DNA of 64,000 nucleotides from a virus, in the IMG/VR virus record IMGVR_UViG_3300037189_005453, positions 1 to 64,000 of that record, one strand, 5' to 3'. Of the stretch, positions 7,557-16,316 are shown piece after piece. The position numbers were made by a program, and so were the translations under genes. Each line of letters begins with the position of its first letter. Position 1 is the stretch's first letter. A model generated the notes under the pieces. It was not told the DNA's origin. It saw only the letters and a program-made list of their open reading frames with translations, and ran no database searches.

Positions 7557-8150
7557 GGCTTCAGGGTTACGAGCAGTGATTAGGCTATAGTCCCCCCGAT
7601 AAGGGCTAGTGATGATGCCTAAGCTCATAGCGGATGCCTTGAGCAGCAAACCTAACTAGTGCTGTGGAAATCTAGTTGGCGTTGTTTTCGCGTAATGAAA
7701 CCGTATCCAAGACGGACCTGGGGTTGCGAGTCCTACCGCCTACCTGAGCATGTTGTGAAACTGCTCACCCTAAACTTGATGCGAGTCCTGCAGCCTTAGG
7801 AGGAAGTCGCAGGGCGGACATTTAAGGGTCGTGAGTCTTACGGTAGACATTAAACAATTCCGTAAGCGTTGCTTGCGCGTGATGCAGTCGTTGAGTTCGT
7901 TATTCTCCGCTGGTACTCGTAAGGCCCTACCTGAGCCGTAGTAAAAGGGCTCACTCAGACTTAACGGTGCGAGCAGTGACCACAAGCAACCCCCCTTAAC
8001 AGGACTGTGGTTGTAAGTGGGCTCATAGCGGACATCCTAAGCGTCAAACCTGCTAACGACGTAAACCCAAGTAGGGATCGGAAAGCCTTTGGCCCGTTGG
8101 CGAGTCGTTAACGCACTTGTGACCTGAGTATGTCCTAAAACTACTCACCC
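7557..8150 (+). ncRNA. three tandem ~190-nt structured RNA units, each ending in an H-type pseudoknot
   Basis: ACCTGAG...AAA..CTCAC pseudoknots at about 7740-7768, 7927-7954, 8121-8148 with compensatory changes; shared CGAG/GCGGA internal loop. Confidence 0.7.
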
Positions 8151-8186
8151 TATCCAGTAACACCAACAAAGAAAGAGGTAACTCTA

Positions 8187-8615
8187 ATGGCACAGATTAG
8201 TGTCCGACCCAACAGGGTCAAGTTCATCAAGGCAGTAACCGTAGCACTCAAGAAGATTGAGGAAGCGGCTGACAAGTACGAGGCTGATATGGCTAAGTAC
8301 AAGGAGGAGTACAAGGTGTGGGAAGCATCCGCTGACCTTAGCCCCTCCAACATCAAAGAAACCAAGGTTCTTGTTGGCCGTAAGTACTTTGAGAACTCAC
8401 CAAGCAAGTGGGCTCCCAACTCTGTCCAAGTAACGCTCAAGAAGTACCCCGCCAATATGCCTAAGGAGCCTACTGCTCCTGCCACTGGCACCAAGAACTC
8501 CTACACCTACAATGACTCGGTGAAGGAACTCAAGAGCGTCATTACCCTCCTCGAGATGGTTGATGATGAGTTGGTCAATGCTTCGGTAGCCAACAAGGTC
8601 ATTCAGTACCTCTAG
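8187..8615 (+). CDS. hypothetical protein
   Basis: GAGG RBS, 142 aa. Confidence 0.85.
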   Translation: MAQISVRPNRVKFIKAVTVALKKIEEAADKYEADMAKYKEEYKVWEASADLSPSNIKETKVLVGRKYFENSPSKWAPNSVQVTLKKYPANMPKEPTAPATGTKNSYTYNDSVKELKSVITLLEMVDDELVNASVANKVIQYL

Positions 8616-8696
8616 TCTTTGATGACGAAACAGGTAGCCTTACCCCCTAGGGCTACCTGTCGCTAGGTAAATTGCCTAGCCTGATGAGTCAAAAGA
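8616..8696 (+). ncRNA. hammerhead ribozyme (type II)
   Basis: GAC-GAAA-stem III (CAGGTAGCC/GGCTACCTG)-TC-stem I (GCTAGG/CCTAGC)-CTGATGA-GTC; GUC cleavage after 8661. Confidence 0.88.
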
Positions 8697-8709
8697 AAGA
8701 GGTGGTTAT

Positions 8710-8955
8710 ATGTCTGAGACATATGACAACTTTGAGGTTCGTAGGGTGTTGATGGAGATTCCATCACGCCTTTTGGACTCCGTTCAAGAACACGGTGTCG
8801 AGGTAGATGGCCGAGTGCTTATGGCACTTCAGTCAATGTGCTTCGGTGCTATCGCTCACCTTGACGAAAATGTCTTGGCTAAGCGAGAGGCTGAGGAAAT
8901 GAAGGAAGCGTTTAAGTCCTTCACCCTTACTCCTGAGGAGACCCCCAGTGAGTGA
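8710..8955 (+). CDS. hypothetical protein
   Basis: GAGGTG RBS. Confidence 0.8.
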   Translation: MSETYDNFEVRRVLMEIPSRLLDSVQEHGVEVDGRVLMALQSMCFGAIAHLDENVLAKREAEEMKEAFKSFTLTPEETPSE

Positions 8956-9316
8956 GGGCCTTGAGCGAGATGACTCAAAGGTTCTTATCTGCCGTGCGGT
9001 AGATAAGGATGACCTTTGGGCTGATGTCTTTGGGGGTGGTTACGAGTTCCTACCTTGGTGGCGCGATGTAACCTTCCCCAATGGGGACTGGGAGACTCAC
9101 GGCACTGCTGTCGTGACTGTCCTAGACCCTGATGACCCTGATGAGCAGGAGACGATTACCAAAGAACTTACGGTAACGGATCTTGCTAATGCTTGGTCTG
9201 CCCTTACCACTAGTGGGTTCCACCACTGTGGTAACAACACGCTAGACGATGCGGATGCCTGCACAAGCGACGCTGTATTACAGCAAGCCGTGTTCGGTGG
9301 CATCATCTACGGCTAG
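8948..9316 (+). CDS. hypothetical acidic protein
   Basis: GAGGAG RBS, overlaps upstream stop. Confidence 0.8.
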   Translation: MSEGLERDDSKVLICRAVDKDDLWADVFGGGYEFLPWWRDVTFPNGDWETHGTAVVTVLDPDDPDEQETITKELTVTDLANAWSALTTSGFHHCGNNTLDDADACTSDAVLQQAVFGGIIYG

Positions 9317-9395
9317 CACCTAAGAGGGTGGGGCGGGCGTGCCAACACAAACACGCGCGCTTGCCCCACCTGTCCAATCAGAAAGGAGGTAAGGG

Positions 9396-9683
9396 ATGAC
9401 CCTTACCACTGAGGCTGAGGTAGAAGTTCTAGACCCACTAGACACCACAGTCATTGACATAGCCTTGACGGCTAAAGAAGTTTATATGGTACTTAGTTGC
9501 CTTTACTTCGACACCGTCAACCCGCCCTTAGATGTACTTGAGCTTATCAAAGACATCGAAGGACGGTTGCTCGATAACGACTTGCCTGTTACCCAACAGG
9601 AGTTCGATAGCGAGTACCTCAATAATCACGAGGATAACCCGCAGTACAAGCGGATTATTTTCGGGATGCCCGAAACACCCTAA
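9396..9683 (+). CDS. hypothetical acidic protein
   Basis: AAGGAGG RBS. Confidence 0.8.
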   Translation: MTLTTEAEVEVLDPLDTTVIDIALTAKEVYMVLSCLYFDTVNPPLDVLELIKDIEGRLLDNDLPVTQQEFDSEYLNNHEDNPQYKRIIFGMPETP

Positions 9684-9708
9684 GACCTATTAGAAAGGTA
9701 GGCAAACC

Positions 9709-11163
9709 ATGTTCGCAGTCATTCTTCAAGAAGGACTAACCACCCCCCAAGGTATGCTGTACGGAATTCGTCAGTATGCCGTCATCCCTCAAGCAGACGG
9801 CACTGTTCGTAAGCTTGTCCGAGACGGCAAGAACCTGCGTGGTACAGCAGGCGCTTGGCGACCTCTTGACTTTGTTGTGTCAAGCAACAAGGCCGTGGGT
9901 AACCCTGTTGCCATCTCGATTACTGCGAGTGATTACGAAGACCTCAAGTCTTCCAACACTCCTACAGTTCTTATGCAGAAGCTGGTTCGTACCGTAAAGG
10001 ACATGAACGAGCTAAGTACTGAGAACTTTGTAGACCAGTACAACGAGGTGTTCGTCAAAGCAGAGAGTTCACCTCATCTGCTCTCTGAGTACCTAGGTAA
10101 CACTGTTCCTGTAGCAGTAAGCCCCACCATTCAAGTTGTACAACAGCCAGTTGTACAGCCTGCCTTTGAGTATGTAGAACTACCACCAGTTCCTGCTTAC
10201 TCATCAGTTGCTCCAGTAACCATTGAAGCAACACGTGAACAGTATGGCTTTATCGAAGAGCCATACACCGTCCCGACAGAAAGTGAGACTCCCATGGAGT
10301 ACAGCACCACAATGCCGATTAAGGATGACACTCAGTCAATCCTTACGGTGCCAGATATTCACCCGTACTATCCACGCAAGTTCTTTGGTAAGACCGAGCG
10401 TGAGATTTACGACACAGCCAGAATGTTCCAGGAGAACGTTCTGCTTACTGGTGATGCTGGTACTGGTAAGACATCCTCTGCACGTAACTACGCAGCAGAG
10501 AATGGTTTGCCGTTCGTAACCATCGAGTGCACACAGCAGATTGACCAAGGTGTGACCCAAGGGTCGTTCGTACCCACTGGTCAGGGTAACGGTGTCAAGT
10601 GGAAGTACAGCCAGCTTGCCACTGCTATCCAACAGCCCAGTGTCATTCTGATCAATGAGTTGACTCGTATGAGTCCTAAAGCAGCGTCGTTGTTCCTACG
10701 CCTGCTTGAGGAGCGTGAGTTGCTCATCGAGCCAATGAACCAGGTCATCAAGGTACACCCTGGTGTACTGTTCATTGCTGACCAGAACACTGGTATCGGT
10801 TACACAGGTACAAGCAAGCAGGATGCTGCTCTTGTTGACCGCTTCAACATCAAGTTGGAGTTCCATTACGACACCAACATCGAGAAGAACTTCATCAAGT
10901 CTCCTACTCTCTTGGCCTTTGCGAGTAACATCCGTGAGGCCAGTGAATTGAACGATGAGTTCTCGGTGCCAATGTCTACTCGACTGCTCAAGAACTTTGT
11001 GTCTCAGGCATCACGCCTCAACTTCGAGTTCGCAGTCAACTCAATGCTCTCCAACTATCCCAAGATGGATGGTGAGCGTGACGCTATCAAGATGCGGTTC
11101 GACGCTGATGTCTCACAGATTGCTGATGAGCTTGGCGTTCCTCTAGGTGGTTACTCCATCTAG
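9709..11163 (+). CDS. MoxR/CbbQ/NorQ/CobS-like AAA+ ATPase with N-terminal extension
   Basis: Walker A GDAGTGKT, Walker B-like VILINE, HPGVLFIADQN, DAALVDRF, STRLL. Confidence 0.9.
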   Translation: MFAVILQEGLTTPQGMLYGIRQYAVIPQADGTVRKLVRDGKNLRGTAGAWRPLDFVVSSNKAVGNPVAISITASDYEDLKSSNTPTVLMQKLVRTVKDMNELSTENFVDQYNEVFVKAESSPHLLSEYLGNTVPVAVSPTIQVVQQPVVQPAFEYVELPPVPAYSSVAPVTIEATREQYGFIEEPYTVPTESETPMEYSTTMPIKDDTQSILTVPDIHPYYPRKFFGKTEREIYDTARMFQENVLLTGDAGTGKTSSARNYAAENGLPFVTIECTQQIDQGVTQGSFVPTGQGNGVKWKYSQLATAIQQPSVILINELTRMSPKAASLFLRLLEERELLIEPMNQVIKVHPGVLFIADQNTGIGYTGTSKQDAALVDRFNIKLEFHYDTNIEKNFIKSPTLLAFASNIREASELNDEFSVPMSTRLLKNFVSQASRLNFEFAVNSMLSNYPKMDGERDAIKMRFDADVSQIADELGVPLGGYSI

Positions 11164-11170
11164 TCAGTAT

Positions 11171-11199
11171 GGGTGGGGGCATTAGCCCCCACCCCTTTT
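11171..11199 (+). terminator. GC-rich hairpin with short U-tract between AAA and vWA genes
   Basis: GGGTGGGGG-CATTAG-CCCCCACCC-CTTTT. Confidence 0.5.
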
Positions 11200-11215
11200 C
11201 TAAGGAGAAAAGAAA

Positions 11216-13042
11216 ATGGATGAACAATCCACAAATGATGTGTTCGATACCCCCGAGCCATTCACTGTTACTAACAACCACGTCATCAGTGCAGAGCAGA
11301 CGCGACGCGCTCGTATGCTTCAGGTTGTTGGTAAGTTTGCCAGCACTCTTACGCTTCGTTCCATTGGCGTTGAGTTGTCAGGTAAGCATGACCGCAATCA
11401 CCAAGACGCCCCTGCTTGGTCAGATGCTGACAACATTTGGTTCAACGAGGATGAGCTAGGTGACCTCAGTGACTTCGACACCGTGCTTAGCATCAAGGGT
11501 CTTAGCCTCCACGAGATTAGTCACATTATGCTGACGCCTCGTAACGGTAGCAACCTTGCCAAGGAGGTACAACGTCAGGGTCTATGGCGTGCGTTCAACT
11601 CACTCGAGGACCAGCGCATCGAGATGATGATGAGCAAGCGTTTCGGTAACGTAGCTGACTGGCTGTGTGCTGCTGTAGCTAAGTTCATTATGGAGGATCC
11701 CTCCCAATGGACAACGTGCTTCCCGCTCCTTCACGGCCGTAAGTTCCTACCTGCCGAGTTGCGTGCACAGGTTGCTAACCTGTACGAGAACCAAGAGGAT
11801 GTTGTTCGACTCAAGCAGTTGATTGACTCCTACATCGTGCTTAACCTTGTTGACCCGCAGAACTTCCCCACTGCTCTCAACATCATCGCTGAGTACGACG
11901 CTCTTGTTAACAAGCTTGGTCCTAATCCACAGGATAGTTCGTGGCAACCACAGACTGGCTGGGGTCGTGTCAAAGACCCCAACGGTCACCAGTCACGCAA
12001 GGATGGTGAGCTTAAGTCATCCAAGTCCAAGCCTATGAGCAAGGCTGAACAGCAGAAGCTCAGTGATAAGGTCGAGGGTGCAGTGCAGGAGGCTAACCAA
12101 GCTGACGCACAGGGTAGCCCGCAGTCATCTGAACCACAAGCTGGTGACTCTCCAAGTAGTTCTGCTAGCTCTCTCTCTTCTATCCTTGAGGATATCCTGG
12201 AGGACATCAAGGAGAAGAAGCACAAGGAGATCCAACAGATTATCAAGCAGTACAACGGTGAGGTTGAGTTGACATCCATCAACGCAGGTACTCCTCAGCG
12301 TCCACACTGTTCTCCTATGGCTGTAAGCAATGCCACAGTGCAAGCCTCTCGCTCTTTTGCCAATGAGCTTGAGCGTTTGCGCCGTGACTATGACCCTGGT
12401 TGGAACCGACGCACCTCGTCAGGTCGCCTCAATGTTCAGCGTTATGTCACTGACGTTGACATCGAAGAGTGCTTTGACCAGTGGGACCTTGGCCGTGAAG
12501 ATGCTGTAGACATCGAAGCAGTCATTCTCCTTGACGTGTCTGGTTCGATGGGTTCTCACTCCATTGGTTCCTTTGAGTCTATGTGGGCTATCAAGCGTGC
12601 GCTTGACAAGGTCAACGCCAGCACTACGGTCATCGCCTTTGACAATGACACGCACCTCATCTACTCAGCCAATGAGCGTGCTGGTCAGCAGATGAAGTAC
12701 ACCAACCAGTGGGGTGGCACTGACCCCTATGAAGCACTGCGTTACAGCCGTAACATCTTGGCGCAGTCTAGCCGTGCCATCAAGCTGTGCATCGTTATCA
12801 CTGACGGTATATGGAGTAACGAGGAACAGTGTAACAAGCTGATCCGCGAGTTCCGTCGTGCAGGAGTTATCACTGCTCTTGGTTATATCGTTGACCGTTA
12901 CTACATCGACAACGGTTACCGATTCAACATCGACAGCCACGGATGTGAGGTAGCTGTCAACATCAGCCAGATGCCTGAGCTGTTCACCTTAGCCCGCAGT
13001 ATGGTTCGTCTGGGTATCCAGCGTAACCTTATCGCCAGCTAG
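11216..13042 (+). CDS. CobT-like vWA-domain protein with N-terminal HExxH domain
   Basis: LHEISH...LEDQRIE; MIDAS DVSGS, GGTD, ITDG. Confidence 0.9.
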   Translation: MDEQSTNDVFDTPEPFTVTNNHVISAEQTRRARMLQVVGKFASTLTLRSIGVELSGKHDRNHQDAPAWSDADNIWFNEDELGDLSDFDTVLSIKGLSLHEISHIMLTPRNGSNLAKEVQRQGLWRAFNSLEDQRIEMMMSKRFGNVADWLCAAVAKFIMEDPSQWTTCFPLLHGRKFLPAELRAQVANLYENQEDVVRLKQLIDSYIVLNLVDPQNFPTALNIIAEYDALVNKLGPNPQDSSWQPQTGWGRVKDPNGHQSRKDGELKSSKSKPMSKAEQQKLSDKVEGAVQEANQADAQGSPQSSEPQAGDSPSSSASSLSSILEDILEDIKEKKHKEIQQIIKQYNGEVELTSINAGTPQRPHCSPMAVSNATVQASRSFANELERLRRDYDPGWNRRTSSGRLNVQRYVTDVDIEECFDQWDLGREDAVDIEAVILLDVSGSMGSHSIGSFESMWAIKRALDKVNASTTVIAFDNDTHLIYSANERAGQQMKYTNQWGGTDPYEALRYSRNILAQSSRAIKLCIVITDGIWSNEEQCNKLIREFRRAGVITALGYIVDRYYIDNGYRFNIDSHGCEVAVNISQMPELFTLARSMVRLGIQRNLIAS

Positions 13043-13081
13043 CCCACCCAACACAAACACCTAGGCGTAAAGGAGAAAACA

Positions 13082-13864
13082 ATGCCTAACTGGGTACAAA
13101 ACCGAATAACAGTAATAGGCCCTGAGAAAGACCTTAGGGCTTTTGCCGAACACCTCAAGGTAAAACCGCGACTGTTCGCGGATGAGGAAATAGGTCTTTC
13201 ATTCCACAGCTTCGTTACAGATGAAACGCTTGACGAGGCGACCTACCGCGAAGGACCAACAGAGTCTAAGGACTATTGGTACAACTGGAACAACAACCAC
13301 TGGAACACTAAGTGGGATGCGTGTGAGGTTACGGTGTATGAGCGTGGTCCGCACACACCTGAGAGTGGTGACGCTCCTACACAGCTTATGGCTGTTGACC
13401 TCGAGTTCAGCACAGCGTGGTCGGCCCCAGGGCCTGTGTTCCAAGCGATGTCTGAGCAGTGGCCTACACTTCAGTTCCACGTTTGGTGGGAAGAGGAGCA
13501 AGGGTTCGGTGAGGAGTTCCGCCTACACTCTGGAGGCACGATACTTATGCTTGACTCTTGGGATATCCCAGACTGTCACGATGACTATGACCGTCGAGGT
13601 AATGCCGAAAATTGCGTCTGTGCCTGGAACGAAGACAAGGGTGATTGGTATGATGACTGCCCTGGTAAGACCAACATCGTCTACACCGTAGATGTGATCA
13701 CGCGCTATACGGTTGTAGCAGACAGTGAGGAGAAAGCAATCCTTACGGTGCAAGCAGAGGAGTCTGGTTATGACCTGCCAGATAACTCGGTTGTCAGAGG
13801 TGTCCTATACTCTGAGGACTACAAAGTAACTGGGTCAGAGGAGGTAAGTACAGATATTGAGTAG
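13082..13864 (+). CDS. DUF1281/YubB ferredoxin-like family protein
   Basis: MPNWVQN, WYNWNNNHWNTKWDA, FSTAWSAP, WEEEQGFG. Confidence 0.8.
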   Translation: MPNWVQNRITVIGPEKDLRAFAEHLKVKPRLFADEEIGLSFHSFVTDETLDEATYREGPTESKDYWYNWNNNHWNTKWDACEVTVYERGPHTPESGDAPTQLMAVDLEFSTAWSAPGPVFQAMSEQWPTLQFHVWWEEEQGFGEEFRLHSGGTILMLDSWDIPDCHDDYDRRGNAENCVCAWNEDKGDWYDDCPGKTNIVYTVDVITRYTVVADSEEKAILTVQAEESGYDLPDNSVVRGVLYSEDYKVTGSEEVSTDIE

Positions 13865-14042
13865 ATTCGGATGGTGTATGGACAACAATGATGAGTCGTG
13901 CATCGTCTCATTCCAGTGGAACAGTGGCACAATCCAGTGCGACTGTAAGTGTCACAAGGAGATAAAAAATGACGAAACCACTAAGCAAGGTAAGCCTCAA
14001 AGTACAGCAAGAGGAAAGAGAAAGAGCAGCACAGATAGTTGA
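13857..14042 (+). CDS. hypothetical Cys-rich protein
   Basis: GGAGG RBS, TTG start, CDCKCH. Confidence 0.5.
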   Translation: MSRFGWCMDNNDESCIVSFQWNSGTIQCDCKCHKEIKNDETTKQGKPQSTARGKRKSSTDS

Positions 14043-14139
14043 GAGTATCTACGGCGGTGCGCCTAAAGATACAATCGCGTTCTACTGTTGCAACAAAGCA
14101 ATCGAAACAATCCTAAAGGAGGATGAAACAAATGAGTAG
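13969..14139 (+). CDS. hypothetical protein (56 aa)
   Basis: AAGGAG RBS; MTKPLSKVSLKVQQEERERAAQIVE... Confidence 0.6.
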   Translation: MTKPLSKVSLKVQQEERERAAQIVESIYGGAPKDTIAFYCCNKAIETILKEDETNE

Positions 14140-14338
14140 TTCAGGTAAGACATACTTCGTGGTTGAGTATGACCACGATGAAGAAACCTTTCGAGTAGAC
14201 AACCCCACGTCTGCAGAGAAGTTCCCCCACGATACGTGGGACAGTGTCGAGGAGCGGTGGTGTCATCTCGACGTCAATAACGAAATGTGGCAAGACATCA
14301 CATCCCTAACTAACGAACTAAAGGAGAAACTGAAATGA
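14132..14338 (+). CDS. hypothetical protein
   Basis: AGGAGG RBS; ORF track 14123..14338. Confidence 0.7.
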   Translation: MSSSGKTYFVVEYDHDEETFRVDNPTSAEKFPHDTWDSVEERWCHLDVNNEMWQDITSLTNELKEKLK

Positions 14339-14520
14339 ACACACCCACAGTAGATGACCTGATGAAGGTATCGGAGGCTAAAGGAGCAATCCTTGAGCAG
14401 GAACGTATCGTACACCTGCTTGCAAGTATGGTGACGAATGATGCCCCGTTCATCAAGCGCAAGTTAATCCTGGAAATCATCCAGGAGATCACAAAAGAAA
14501 CGATGGAGATGAAAGTATGA
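14335..14520 (+). CDS. hypothetical protein (G-x3-EQERIV motif)
   Basis: AAGGAG RBS, ATGA overlap. Confidence 0.7.
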   Translation: MNTPTVDDLMKVSEAKGAILEQERIVHLLASMVTNDAPFIKRKLILEIIQEITKETMEMKV

Positions 14521-14696
14521 GTACACGAGTACACCTTGCTCAAGTAATGAGCGCAATCTTGGCCGTTGCCCCAGAGGCATCGGCTCGAGAAGAAAGTGAT
14601 GGCAACATTGTCATCTCTCTCAACATGCAATTGAAAGACAACGATTACCTCGTACCCTTTGAGTTGGAGTACGACCTTACCGAGGAGGATAACTAA
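14517..14696 (+). CDS. hypothetical protein (59 aa)
   Basis: GGAG RBS, ATGA overlap; MSTRVHLAQVMSAILAVAPEA... Confidence 0.65.
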   Translation: MSTRVHLAQVMSAILAVAPEASAREESDGNIVISLNMQLKDNDYLVPFELEYDLTEEDN

Positions 14697-14881
14697 TGGG
14701 TAAATATATTGTGCAAGTAACAGAGTCCCGCGTATGGGACTTCGAAGTCGAAGCCGATGACGCTGATGACGCAAGTATCACGATTAGTGAGGCACTTGGA
14801 AACTCTCCCGCAGAAGAGTTTGACAACGCATGGCTGGTCTCTGTTGAGTACCAGTCCTTTGAAGTATCCGAAAAGGAGTAG
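14696..14881 (+). CDS. hypothetical acidic protein
   Basis: GAGGAGG RBS, TAATG coupling. Confidence 0.7.
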   Translation: MGKYIVQVTESRVWDFEVEADDADDASITISEALGNSPAEEFDNAWLVSVEYQSFEVSEKE

Positions 14882-14883
14882 TA

Positions 14884-15024
14884 ATGGATATTGATGAGTA
14901 CACTTGTCCCGAGTGTGGGGCAACAGAAACAAGCACCACAGCAGACTGCTGTGATGAATGCGTCCTCAAGTTTTTCTACGAGGATGTAAATGGCCCGACA
15001 TTTGTTTGGAGGAACAATGGCTAA
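14884..15024 (+). CDS. small Cys-rich protein (CPEC...CCDEC)
   Basis: AAGGAG RBS; hand-translated 46 aa. Confidence 0.55.
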   Translation: MDIDEYTCPECGATETSTTADCCDECVLKFFYEDVNGPTFVWRNNG

Positions 15025-15184
15025 GTACGAAGTATTGAGTGGCGAATGCTACAAGGTAGAAGCAAGCAACGAAGAAGAAGCTTTGGCTAAGTTCTTCGCT
15101 TACCACAACGCCGAGACCTGCCCTTGTGGGGTAGAGGAGTGCGACTGTGTTGATTGGTCCGAGACACTTACGGAGGTAATCTAA
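15017..15184 (+). CDS. hypothetical protein
   Basis: GGAGG RBS before MAKYEV. Confidence 0.65.
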   Translation: MAKYEVLSGECYKVEASNEEEALAKFFAYHNAETCPCGVEECDCVDWSETLTEVI

Positions 15185-15333
15185 TGGCTACAGTAAAGGT
15201 ATGGTTCCACGTGTACGACGTGCCTGACAATGACACGGGCAAGTACAGCAAAGCCATCAACAACCTGGTTGATGAATTGTCAACCGTCAACACGGAACTT
15301 ACGTGGGACGACGTTGAGTGGGAGGCAGTGTAA
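15184..15333 (+). CDS. hypothetical protein (49 aa)
   Basis: GGAGG RBS, TAATG coupling. Confidence 0.6.
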   Translation: MATVKVWFHVYDVPDNDTGKYSKAINNLVDELSTVNTELTWDDVEWEAV

Positions 15334-15455
15334 TGAGCGAAAAGATTATATTGTCCAGTGAAGAGTTCGACCGTTTGGTAGAAACACTAGATAGTGAACC
15401 AAAGTTCCTACCTAAATTGGCTGAGTTGATGAAGTTATCTGAGGAGGTAATCTAA
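15333..15455 (+). CDS. 40-aa peptide resembling the C-terminal region of DUF1778 (TacA/AtaR) antitoxins
   Basis: MSEKIILSSEEFDRLVETLDSEPKFLPKLAELMK; GGAGG RBS. Confidence 0.55.
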   Translation: MSEKIILSSEEFDRLVETLDSEPKFLPKLAELMKLSEEVI

Positions 15456-15622
15456 TGATGGATAAGGAAGAAATCCTGGCGTATGTGCGTAAGCGCGTAC
15501 AGGAGATCGAGAACGACATGGATGAGTGGGGGTTCGGCCCCGAAGATATGGATGAATGGACGCAGGGTAACTACGAAGCGTACAAGCATCTGTTTACAAT
15601 CATTATCGGAACAAAGGAGTAA
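15455..15622 (+). CDS. hypothetical protein (55 aa)
   Basis: GGAGG RBS, TAATG coupling. Confidence 0.65.
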   Translation: MMDKEEILAYVRKRVQEIENDMDEWGFGPEDMDEWTQGNYEAYKHLFTIIIGTKE

Positions 15623-15626
15623 TAAA

Positions 15627-15932
15627 ATGCAGTACTACAAAGAACTAGATTCAGAACTGGCGAACTGTTTAGGCACTGACCCTGACATGTTCTTTCCCGA
15701 TGCTGGTGACCGTTGGGCACTCGGCAAAGCACAAAAGATATGTGCAGTGTGTGACATCCGAATGGACTGCTTGCAGGTAGCCCTAGACAACGATGAGAAA
15801 GAAGGTATCTGGGGAGGTGCGGGAATGACAGCACGAAAGAAAATGAAAAAAGACCCCGCAGCCCGCAAAGAGCACGAACGTGAAATGCGTAAACTCGCTA
15901 AGGAAATAAATAAAGGAAAAAAGAATGGCTGA
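15627..15932 (+). CDS. whiB: WhiB family transcription factor
   Basis: C...DPDMFFP...ICAVCDIRMDC...GIWGG; AAGGAG RBS before MQYYK. Confidence 0.95.
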   Translation: MQYYKELDSELANCLGTDPDMFFPDAGDRWALGKAQKICAVCDIRMDCLQVALDNDEKEGIWGGAGMTARKKMKKDPAARKEHEREMRKLAKEINKGKKNG

Positions 15933-16137
15933 GTCGTGGTGGTCAATAGCACTTGATCCAAACCACATCATCGCTGAGTTGTTGTGGACGATAGCGTTTG
16001 ATTTCATTGTCGTAGCCTTCCTATACAATGTAGTGTTCAAGCGATACGTCCTTCCAAAGATGCGTAAGCAGATTCACGATGAGATAGACGCGGAACACGG
16101 TGTGACGCACGACCTGCCAACACAAACAAAGGAGTAA
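15925..16137 (+). CDS. single-TM membrane protein
   Basis: Hydrophobic segment followed by basic residues. Confidence 0.7.
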   Translation: MAESWWSIALDPNHIIAELLWTIAFDFIVVAFLYNVVFKRYVLPKMRKQIHDEIDAEHGVTHDLPTQTKE

Positions 16138-16140
16138 CAA

Positions 16141-16314
16141 ATGGATGACAAATACACAATTCGCCTACGCCCTGACGTGGTTCAGGAGTGGGTAAAGGAT
16201 GCCAACGATGTAATGGACCGCATTACAGAGGGAACACCTATGTACAACTGGTATAAGGGACGCCGAGATGCTTGGCAAATGCTCCTGGACTACTTCGACA
16301 CTGGAAGGAAATAG
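16141..16314 (+). CDS. hypothetical protein (57 aa)
   Basis: AAGGAG RBS; MDDKYTIRLRPDVV... Confidence 0.65.
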   Translation: MDDKYTIRLRPDVVQEWVKDANDVMDRITEGTPMYNWYKGRRDAWQMLLDYFDTGRK

Positions 16315-16316
16315 AA

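Noticed and set aside
7557-8150. CRISPR array or type III toxin-antitoxin repeat array
   Set aside because: Units are ~190 nt and conserved in structure rather than sequence; no identical short repeats and no cas or ToxN-like gene. The Cas4-like gene is in a recombination cluster.
9129-9150. Second hammerhead (two CTGATGA)
   Set aside because: Inside a coding region (DPDDPDE) with no matching GAAA or stems
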